Source: an uncultured Candidatus Binatia bacterium | Lineage (GTDB): Bacteria > Desulfobacterota > Binatia > UBA9968 > JAJDTQ01 | DNA length: 64,000 nt | Direction: 5' to 3' | Assembly: GCA_965215605.1 (NCBI GenBank) | Contig: OZ244070.1 | Coordinates: forward strand, 2,816,001-2,880,000 | Shown here: one piece after another, positions 30,522 through 38,017 of the stretch | Numbering within the stretch: the stretch's first letter is position 1 | How the letters are laid out: each line of letters opens with the position of its first letter | Program-made: the position numbers and the translations under genes | Notes under the pieces: model-generated | Database searches by the model: none | What the model was told of the DNA's origin: nothing | The model's input: only the letters and a program-made list of their open reading frames with translations

Positions 30522-31441
30522 GCCGGGAGAAGCGCCGGGGGATGATCGAGCCCGGCCATCCCAAGCTCAGCTTGAGCCGTCAATGCCATCTGCTTCGAGT
30601 GAGTCGATCCTCTGTGTACCACCGGCCCAAGGGCGAGAGCGGGGAGAATCTGGCGTTGATGCGCCGGATAGACAAGCTGTTCCTGGAGTACCCCTTCTAC
30701 GGCAGCCGCCAGATGGTCCGCCATCTGTGGCGGGAGCGAGTCCGAGTGGGTCGTCACCGGGTGCGGCGTCTGATGCGCCTGATGGGGCTCCAGGCCATCT
30801 ATCAGGCGCCGCGCACCACCCGACCGCACCCCGAGCACCGGGTCTATCCCTATCTGCTCAAGGGGGTCGCCATCGAACGGCCCAATCACGCGTGGACCTC
30901 CGACATCACCTATATCCCTGTCCAGAGTGGCTTCCTGTACCTGGTGGCGGTCATGGACTGGGCCACCCGCCGGGTGCTCTCCTGGAGGCTGTCGAACACC
31001 CTCGATGCCCGCTTCTGTGTCGAGGCCCTCTCAGAGGCTCTGGAACGCTACGGTCCTCCCGAGATCTTCAACACCGACCAGGGCAGCCAGTTCACCAGCC
31101 TGGAGTTCACCTCCGTGCTCAAGGACGCCGGCGTCGCCATCTCCATGGACGGCAGGGGCCGGTGCATGGACAACATCTTCATCGAGCGCCTGTGGCGCTC
31201 CCTCAAGTACGAGGCCGTCTACCTGCACGAGCTCTCGGACGGCTTCGCCGCCCAAAGGACCATCGCCAACTGGCTCCACTTCTACAACACCCAAAGGCCT
31301 CATTCCGCCCTCGCCGGCTCCACCCCGGCCGAGGCCTACGAACGAGGACTCAAGAGGCAGGCCGGACCTCACACCCCGCCCGCCCCTCTGTCAGTTCCAT
31401 CGGAACACGAAGACGTGATAAACGGGACCTTGGCGGCATGA
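30515..31441 (+). CDS. IS3 transposase OrfB (DDE integrase core), -1 frame relative to OrfA
   Basis: YGSR, WTSDITY, NTDQGSQFTS, DNIFIERLWRSLKYE, YNTQRPHSAL. Confidence 0.95.
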   Translation: MVSREKRRGMIEPGHPKLSLSRQCHLLRVSRSSVYHRPKGESGENLALMRRIDKLFLEYPFYGSRQMVRHLWRERVRVGRHRVRRLMRLMGLQAIYQAPRTTRPHPEHRVYPYLLKGVAIERPNHAWTSDITYIPVQSGFLYLVAVMDWATRRVLSWRLSNTLDARFCVEALSEALERYGPPEIFNTDQGSQFTSLEFTSVLKDAGVAISMDGRGRCMDNIFIERLWRSLKYEAVYLHELSDGFAAQRTIANWLHFYNTQRPHSALAGSTPAEAYERGLKRQAGPHTPPAPLSVPSEHEDVINGTLAA

Positions 31442-32593
31442 TCGAACGTCTGGAATACACCTTATCTCCGCCGCCTACCTGTCCTACAAACCAGGACCAC
31501 CTCAGGTTCATGGTGTGAAGACGCCGAACCTGTGCGTGCAGCAACGAAGCTTGATCCTCGAAATCTCGTAGCAACGATTCTCCCGGGAAAACGACAGGCA
31601 ACACCCTGAACTTTCCCTTGCTAATCTCCCGGTAGGTCGCGCCCCCCGCGTGCGAGCGGATTTCCTCGACGCGGTGCATCAGGTTGTGGAGGAGGTACAT
31701 CCTCGCCCTCGAGTCATGAGGCAGGATGCTGATGAAACCCTGATTGGTGCAGGATGGTGCATCAATGATGCCGAAGAAGCCGACCGATGCCCGGCTGGTT
31801 ATCAAGACAGTGCCAGTTGGAAGCATCTTTGCTGACGAGCCGCGGAGGCCGGCCTCGGTGATCTTCGTCGCACTGTCGAGCAAGGCAAGGCACGAGTTCC
31901 GCGTCACATCCGTTGGCGTGTACCAGGGAATGTTGCCATCGCTCCAATATTCCGGTTTCGAAGTCTTTGGGGTTCCGCCTCCAATTGCCGTGCATACATC
32001 GTCGAATGCGCGACGTTCCCACCCCTCGGGGATGCCATCGGTGATCTTGACGTGCTCGTGACCGGAGAAGCGGAAGTGAACGAACCACTCGCGGTAGAGT
32101 AGCCGCGCCGCCTCCTCCAGCAACGCAATTCGCCGCCGGTTATTCTCGATCAGGTCATCGTATGCTGAGAGAAAGGCGACTATATGATCCTGAATACTCC
32201 GATTTGGAATGTGGATGGGCAGAACATGGATATGGTTCCTGTTTAGCGTTGGATTTGCGCCCCCGACGTTGAAGCGCTCAAGTCCAAGACACTTGAGAGC
32301 ATAGTAGACGAAACGCGCATTGTTTCCTTGGAGTGATTTGCTCCAAAGAGTTGTGTCATGTGGCCAGTAATCGCCCTCGGAGTAGTATACGGAACCAAGA
32401 GTACCCTTACGGCCGATAATGACGCCTGGTCCCCTGGCCTTGGAAGCATTGTGCCAACTGCTCAGGCCACCAGACGAGAAGACGGGCACATCGCCCGCTT
32501 TCTGTTGAGCCTTAGTGATGTCAAATCCGCGTTGCAGGAAAACCAGGTCTTGCAGGACCGCTGGCTTCCAACGCTGCGCACCGAGATACGCCG

Positions 32594-32661
32594 TCATACC
32601 CCCAACTCCTCGAAATTCCGGGGTATCGGTACGGCCAGTCCCATTGCCCCTTCGTCAACTC
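32594..32661 (-). repeat. Degenerate second copy of the hsdM 3' end (pairs with 33660-33728)
   Basis: Reads ...GLAVPIPRNFEELGV-stop vs hsdM ...ELAARIARNFEGLGV-stop; overlaps the hsdS start (ATGA). Confidence 0.85.
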
Positions 32662-32679
32662 CGCATTTCGCATACCGCG

Positions 32680-33663
32680 TCATCGCGCCACCGCCCGCCC
32701 GCGCGCCGTGAGCCGATACCGCTGGTTCCTTGCCGTCGGCGACTCCGGGTGGGTCATTTCCACCAGAGCGTGCTTGAGGGCAGGAAGCAGGTAACGCTCC
32801 CGGAAGGACTTCCGGTCGCTCAAGCCGAGTGCGTGCAGAATCTGCCGCGCCGACATCTCGCCTTTCAGGACAGAGAGCAGCCGCATTACTTGGGGGGTTA
32901 TCTGAGGGGTTACTTGGGGGGTCGAGATCGCTTCGTGAATCGCCTCAAGCATGTAGGTGATGAACGGCGTGCTGTCACCGTTGGCCGAGCTCTCCCGGAT
33001 GGCCGCGTAGTAGTCGCTCTGGCGCGCATGGATCAGGCTCTCCACCGGAATCCAGGCGAACAGTTGGTTCCAGCGCGTCAGAATCAGGGTCTGCCAGAGC
33101 CTTCCCATGCGCCCGTTGCCGTCCTCGAAGGGATGGATGAACTCGAATTCGTAGTGGAATACGGAGCTCGCGATCAACGGATGCTCGTCCGTGCCGCTTA
33201 GCCAGGACAGCAGGTTCTCCATCAGATGCGGAACGCGATCGGCGGGAGGGCCGATGTGGTGTACTTGTCCTCCACCGGTCACGGCGACGCCGACACGCCG
33301 GTAGCGGCCGGGAGCGTCGAGCAACCCCATCATCAGCACTGCGTGCGCACGGAGCAGATCGGCTTCGCTGGTGGGACTCCACTCGTGGAAGACGTCGTAG
33401 GCGCTGAAGGCGTTGCGGACCTCCTGGATTTCCCGCGGCGGCGCGATCACCGGCCTGCCGTCGAGGAGGGTCGTGATCTCGTCTTCGGTGAGGGTGTTGC
33501 CTTCGATCGCGAGCGACCCTCGAATGGTGCGGATGCGGTTGATCCGCCGCAGGCGCAGGTCCTCGCCGACCGCCGCTTCCTCCGCCCGCCCGGTCGCTTC
33601 GCCGATCCGTATGGACAGGTCGAGAATCGCCGGGGTGATCGTGTAGGGCGGTGTCGTGGTCAC
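32680..33663 (-). CDS. Fic-domain protein with C-terminal winged HTH
   Basis: SLAIEGN, HPFEDGNGRMGR, TPQV repeats, C-terminal P....Q.YRLT. Confidence 0.93.
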   Translation of the reverse strand: MTTTPPYTITPAILDLSIRIGEATGRAEEAAVGEDLRLRRINRIRTIRGSLAIEGNTLTEDEITTLLDGRPVIAPPREIQEVRNAFSAYDVFHEWSPTSEADLLRAHAVLMMGLLDAPGRYRRVGVAVTGGGQVHHIGPPADRVPHLMENLLSWLSGTDEHPLIASSVFHYEFEFIHPFEDGNGRMGRLWQTLILTRWNQLFAWIPVESLIHARQSDYYAAIRESSANGDSTPFITYMLEAIHEAISTPQVTPQITPQVMRLLSVLKGEMSARQILHALGLSDRKSFRERYLLPALKHALVEMTHPESPTARNQRYRLTARGRAVAR

Positions 33664-35774
33664 ACCCCCAACCCCTCGAAGTTCCGGGCGATCCGCGCGG
33701 CCAGCTCCGCCGCTTCCTCGTTCAACTCCTTGAGGTCCGCGTGGATGGACTGCATCGCCTCCGCGAAGTCGAAGTTCTCGTCCTCCTCCTCGGGCGCGAT
33801 CCCGACATACCGGCCGGGCGTGAGGCTCCAGGCGTGCGCCTCGACCTCACCGCGGTCAACCAGCTTCACCAGGCCCTCGACGTCGCGGAGACGCGCCTCG
33901 GGGAAGCGTTCTTGCAGCCAGTCGGCCTGATGCACGAAATGGCGAGCCCGACTGAGCGCTTCGACGGCCGACCCTTGCGCGCTTTCCAGCGATCGGCGCG
34001 CCTTGTCGATCTCCGCACTGGGCCAGTGATCCGAGTCCCGAGCTTCCAGTTCCTTGACCGCCGTATCGACCACCCGGCCGGCGAGCTTCGCGGCTAGATC
34101 GATCTGCCTCGTCACGTTCCGGCCGCGCTCCGCCATGCCATGCAGGCTTTCGCGCGCCGCGTGGAGGGCGGGGTTGTCCCGCGCCTCGCCGTTGCCGCCC
34201 TCGTTCCAGTCGGCGGCGCGCTGCGCCACTTCGGCGGTAAACGCCGCACAATCGGCGGATACGGTGGTCCGAGCGGAGATGAGCACCTCCCAAGGTTCGG
34301 CAAGCGGGCCGGGGGCGTGCTGCCCGGTCGCGAACGGTTCGGCCAGATCGATCAGCCTGCCGAGCGCGCCCTCGAACGCGGCGAGCGGCTCTGCGGCGGC
34401 CCCACCTTCCGCGATGGACCGGGCGAGGTAGCTCTCGACCAGATCGAGGAACCGGTCCGACTGCCCCCGATACAGCCATACGATGGCGGCGATGTTCTTC
34501 TGCTGCTCGGGGCTGAAGTCGTAGACCGCGCGGGAGACCTTGCGATGGATGTTGCGGGCGTCGAGCATCAGGACACGGTCGGCCCGCTCGGGGTCTTGCT
34601 CCTTGGTGCGGTCGAAGAACCAGAGCTGGCAGGGTACGGCGCGGGTGTAGAAGAAGTTGCCGCGGACATCGATCATCACGTCCACGGCGCCCGTTTCCAC
34701 CAGCTTCCGGCGCACCTTGGCCTCGTCCCGCCCGGCGCTGGACGCCTGCGACGACATGACCACCCCCGCCCGTCCGGTCCCGTTCAGGTAGCTGTAGAAG
34801 TAGGAGAGCCACAGATAGTTGGCGTTGGAGACCTTCTTTGCCTTATTGACGCCCGGCAGGCCGAAGGGAAGGCGCTTGTCTCCCTTGACCTTCTCGGCGT
34901 CCACCTCGTCCACGTTGAACGGCGGGTTCGCCATGACGAAGTCGCACTTGCCCGCCAACTCGTGGGGGTCCTTGTAGTAGGTGATGGCCTCGTTGCCGGC
35001 GCGGATGCTGCCCTGGAGACCGTGAACGGCGAGGTTGACCTGAGCGAGCTTCGCGGTGGTCTCGTTCTTCTCGTGGCCGTAGAACGTGACCCGTTTCATG
35101 GTGTCCTCGCCCGCGTCCTCGATGAAGTGGCTCGACTGCACGAACATGCCGCCGGTGCCGCAGGCAGGGTCGAGAATGACGCCGTGGTCCGGTTCGATGA
35201 CGTTGACGATGGTCTGGACGATGGACGGCGGGGTGAAGAACTCGCCGTTGTCATGCGCCTTCTCCTTTGAGAATTCCGTAAGGAAGTACTCGTAGATGCG
35301 GCCGAAGACGTCGCCCGATGCCGTGCGCAACGCCTCGGCATCGAAGGTCCGCATCATCTCTTCCAGCACATCGTCCTCGAAGCGCTCGTAGTCCTTGGGC
35401 AACTGACCGGCGAGCGGCGGAAAGTGGCTTTCCACGGCCTCCATGGCGGCCGTCACCGCCGCCCCGAGGCTGCCGTCCTTGGGCATCCCCAGCAGCACGT
35501 CGTAGCGCGCCGTCTTGGGCAGCATCAGGGCGCGCCGCTGAGTGAAATCCGCCTCGATCAGTGGCCTCTCCGGCATCCTGCCTGCGGCCTTGTCCTTCCG
35601 GATGGCTTCCAGCGCCGCGTAATACCGGTTGGTCGCGTGCCGCAGGAAGATCAGCCCCAGGATGGGCAGGAAATACTCGTTCGACGCCAGGTTCGAATTG
35701 GCTCGCAGGTTGTCCGCGATCTTCCAGAGGTCCGCCTCGAACTGCCCGAGGCCGGCAAGAGGGTCCGCAGTCAT
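33660..35774 (-). CDS. hsdM: Type I R-M methyltransferase subunit (N6-adenine)
   Basis: LWKIADNLR, GEFFTP, DPACGTGGMF, NPPF, SLTPGRYVG; long helical insertion in the C-terminal part. Confidence 0.96.
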   Translation of the reverse strand: MTADPLAGLGQFEADLWKIADNLRANSNLASNEYFLPILGLIFLRHATNRYYAALEAIRKDKAAGRMPERPLIEADFTQRRALMLPKTARYDVLLGMPKDGSLGAAVTAAMEAVESHFPPLAGQLPKDYERFEDDVLEEMMRTFDAEALRTASGDVFGRIYEYFLTEFSKEKAHDNGEFFTPPSIVQTIVNVIEPDHGVILDPACGTGGMFVQSSHFIEDAGEDTMKRVTFYGHEKNETTAKLAQVNLAVHGLQGSIRAGNEAITYYKDPHELAGKCDFVMANPPFNVDEVDAEKVKGDKRLPFGLPGVNKAKKVSNANYLWLSYFYSYLNGTGRAGVVMSSQASSAGRDEAKVRRKLVETGAVDVMIDVRGNFFYTRAVPCQLWFFDRTKEQDPERADRVLMLDARNIHRKVSRAVYDFSPEQQKNIAAIVWLYRGQSDRFLDLVESYLARSIAEGGAAAEPLAAFEGALGRLIDLAEPFATGQHAPGPLAEPWEVLISARTTVSADCAAFTAEVAQRAADWNEGGNGEARDNPALHAARESLHGMAERGRNVTRQIDLAAKLAGRVVDTAVKELEARDSDHWPSAEIDKARRSLESAQGSAVEALSRARHFVHQADWLQERFPEARLRDVEGLVKLVDRGEVEAHAWSLTPGRYVGIAPEEEDENFDFAEAMQSIHADLKELNEEAAELAARIARNFEGLGV

Positions 35775-35936
35775 CCGCTTCCTTCCGTAGTGGGGCTGAT
35801 TGCCCAATGTCGGCGAAATCGGTGCAAAGCGCAACGGATTGGGGAAAAAGCGCACAGTTCCCAAGCTGATCGCGAGGATCCCCGGAGACACGTCACTGCG
35901 CTACCTTCATTCGGCTTGAGTCCACTTTGGCAGGGC

Positions 35937-35980
35937 TTGCATATTCTCCCATATTGCCATATATTCATATTTCCATATTT
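35937..35980 (+). promoter_or_regulatory. sigma70 promoter overlapped by five ATATT direct repeats (candidate operator)
   Basis: TTGCAT (35937-42), 17 bp, TATATT (35960-65); ATATT at 35941, 35951, 35961, 35967, 35975. Confidence 0.7.
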
Positions 35981-35997
35981 CAGCACTGGAGGGTCCG

Positions 35998-36543
35998 ATG
36001 CCAGAAATTACCATTCAACGATCCACTTTCGAGCGGTTGCAGCGCTTCGCCAAACCGCTGGTTGATACGCCGGACACGATCATCGCCAAGGCGCTTGATG
36101 CTCTTGACCAGCTTGAAGGGCAGGGCACGTCCTTTGGCGAAGGGCAAGGTGGGAGCGAGCGTCAACTTGATCCTCATGCGTTGCCGAATCTGACGCATTC
36201 AAAAGTGCTCGATGCCAGGATTGGCGGAAGCCGCGTTGAGAAACCGAACTGGAATCGTGTGCTCGCAGAGGTACTGCGTCAAGCCATCAGGCGGGCAGGC
36301 AGCTTTGAAGGGGTGCAAGTATTGTGTCCGGCTAATACGGCCAAGGGACGTAAGGAGGATGATGGGTTCAGCTATCTGGCTGACGTAGATGTTTCGGTGC
36401 AGGGACAACCGGCAAACGGTGCCTGTCACGCAATGGTGGCGATGGCCGAAGCGTGTGGGATCCTCCTCGATGTCAGGGTCATGTGGCGGCTCAAGGAAGA
36501 GGCCGCCTATCCCGGTGAACGAGGCCGGTTCAAGGTAGGTTAA
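35998..36543 (+). CDS. Hypothetical protein with RHH/SeqA-N-like N-terminus
   Basis: MPEITIQRSTFERLQRFAKPLVDTPDTIIAKALD beta-helix-helix pattern, Gly-rich linker, ~120-aa C-terminal domain; GGAGG RBS. Confidence 0.7.
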   Translation: MPEITIQRSTFERLQRFAKPLVDTPDTIIAKALDALDQLEGQGTSFGEGQGGSERQLDPHALPNLTHSKVLDARIGGSRVEKPNWNRVLAEVLRQAIRRAGSFEGVQVLCPANTAKGRKEDDGFSYLADVDVSVQGQPANGACHAMVAMAEACGILLDVRVMWRLKEEAAYPGERGRFKVG

Positions 36544-36623
36544 ATGGGCTAAAGGGGTGGGATGGGATCCGATGCAGACCTGCAAGCGGGCGCACGAAGG
36601 CTGCACGACAAGGAGGCAGGTGC

Positions 36624-37343
36624 ATGACTGACACCAGAACGTTCAATGTCTACTGCGATGAGAGCTGTCATCTTGAACATGATCGAAGCCCTGTCATGGC
36701 TTGGGGGGCGGTCATTTGCGAAACGCAACGTGTTCGGGAACTTTCGGTCCGGATGCGAAAGCTCAAGACCGAGTACGGGTTGAAGTCCTCCTTTGAGGCA
36801 AAGTGGACGAAAATCTCACCAGGTAGAAGCGACTTCTACTTGGCTTTGGTCGACTTGTTTCTGAAGGATGATCGCTTGAAGTTCCGTGGTCTCGTAGTTC
36901 CCGACAAAGATCAGCTTGATCACGCAAGCTTCGACCAGTCTCATGATGATTGGTACTACAAGATGTACTTTACCATGCTCCGTCCGGTGTTTGACGGTGC
37001 CCAACGGTATCGCGTCTATCTTGATTTGAAGGACACAAGGGGTGGGCCCAAAACGAGGAGGCTCCACCAAGTACTTGCGAACAGTTTGCATGACCGTGAC
37101 CGGAAACGTGTTGAGCGAGTGCAACAGACAAGATCCGACGAGAGTGAACTGATGCAAATGTCCGATCTCCTTATTGGCGCGTTGACTTATGCCAATCGCG
37201 GACTTGCCGGCAGTCCAGCCAAGGGGGCCGTCATTGGGCGACTTCGCCAACAGCTTGGAGAGCAAGTGCTCTCGCGCACCTCACCCCTGGCCTCTGTGAA
37301 GTTCAACATACTGGTTTGGCGCGCGCGAGATCTGGTTGGATGA
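36624..37343 (+). CDS. DUF3800 family protein
   Basis: N-terminal YCDESCHLEHD, E.KW.K, C-terminal SELMQMSDLLIGA; AAGGAGG RBS. Confidence 0.82.
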   Translation: MTDTRTFNVYCDESCHLEHDRSPVMAWGAVICETQRVRELSVRMRKLKTEYGLKSSFEAKWTKISPGRSDFYLALVDLFLKDDRLKFRGLVVPDKDQLDHASFDQSHDDWYYKMYFTMLRPVFDGAQRYRVYLDLKDTRGGPKTRRLHQVLANSLHDRDRKRVERVQQTRSDESELMQMSDLLIGALTYANRGLAGSPAKGAVIGRLRQQLGEQVLSRTSPLASVKFNILVWRARDLVG

Positions 37344-37813
37344 AGCCACCCGAACTTCTCCTGTTCGACGCCTTCAATGGCGACTGGGACGCCTACGAGC
37401 ACGAGTTGTACGGAATCTTCCTCCGCGAGATCGCACGGAGCGGTCTGATGTTTCGTGGCAAGAATATCGTTTGTCGCCGCATACCGGAGACAGCGGGACG
37501 TTGGGCCTCCTTCTGGCATTTGGTCCAGGAGGGACGTGTGGAAGACGACCGGACTCCAGACCTGCGCCGTTGCGAACGCCTTCGCTGGATACGATGGGTC
37601 ATCCAGAACGCTGGGAGTCATCCCCAGATCGACGAATGGCAAAACAGGCGAAAGAACGTGCCCAACACGCTGCTGTGGTATCGGGAAGAGTACCTCGTGG
37701 TACTGTCCCAGCGAGGGGACTGCTGGCTCCTCAAGACTGCTTACTGCACCGACCAACGTCGGCGAATTCAGCAACTCCGTCGCGAGCGTGACGACTCTCG
37801 GCGTTTAGGGTGA
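37340..37813 (+). CDS. Hypothetical protein, possible BECR-fold RNase
   Basis: ATGA coupling to DUF3800; FWHL, R..D.RRCERL.W, C-terminal YLVVLSQR...LLKTAY. Confidence 0.6.
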   Translation: MKPPELLLFDAFNGDWDAYEHELYGIFLREIARSGLMFRGKNIVCRRIPETAGRWASFWHLVQEGRVEDDRTPDLRRCERLRWIRWVIQNAGSHPQIDEWQNRRKNVPNTLLWYREEYLVVLSQRGDCWLLKTAYCTDQRRRIQQLRRERDDSRRLG

Positions 37814-37824
37814 GGTGGTAATCC

Positions 37825-37891
37825 AAAAGGCTGAAGCCGCCCAAGCAAACTCGGACGGCTTCGAATGCTCCTCCTACACGTGGCAGGTGAG
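37825..37891 (-). ncRNA. Predicted ~70-nt two-hairpin small RNA convergent with the DUF3800 operon
   Basis: Minus strand: CUC-A-CCUGC-CACGU-GUAGG-AG-GAG, then 13-bp GAAGCCGUCCGAG-UUUG-CUUGGGCGGCUUC (G-U pairs work only on this strand), then AGCCUUUU. Confidence 0.55.
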
Positions 37892-37897
37892 ACACCG

Positions 37898-37928
37898 TCT
37901 ATATGCGACTGCGTGGGTCGATTGTCAA
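37898..37928 (-). promoter_or_regulatory. Candidate promoter for the small RNA
   Basis: Perfect TTGACA (37928-37923); TATAGA 19 bp downstream (suboptimal spacing and -10). Confidence 0.45.
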
Positions 37929-38017
37929 GAGGGTATCCGATGGTGAGTGAAGCGAAGGCGTAAGGCCCCCGCGTCATCTCCTGCTAAGGCAGACACCTTT
38001 GTGTTATCCTCGGCGAG

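Larger units (their letters stand above)
30172..31504 (+). mobile_element. Complete IS3-family insertion sequence (1333 bp)
   Basis: 5'-TG...CA-3' ends; 14-bp perfect terminal IR TGAGGTGGTCCTGG plus GGACAGGT and TAAGGTGTATTCCA blocks; 3-bp target duplication GGT (30169-30171, 31505-31507). Confidence 0.96.
30104..32597 (-). pseudogene. hsdS: Type I R-M specificity subunit interrupted by an IS3-family element
   Basis: Two TRDs with conserved DDLIENNRRRIALLEEAARLLYREWFV spacer; removing the IS and one GGT restores ...LHTMN-QRLAEARDLLLPRLMNGEIPV-stop (385 aa). Confidence 0.93.

Noticed and set aside
30104-30889. 261-aa minus-strand ORF
   Set aside because: Antisense to the IS transposase; only the last 21 codons are real (HsdS C-terminus)
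37811-37819. TGAGGTGGT matching the first 9 bp of the IS3 inverted repeat
   Set aside because: The match stops at 9 bp, includes a stop codon, and has no partner end or internal IR blocks; likely chance
26620-37930. Defence island as an integrative element or prophage
   Set aside because: No integrase, att-like direct repeats, tRNA target or phage genes were found at the borders
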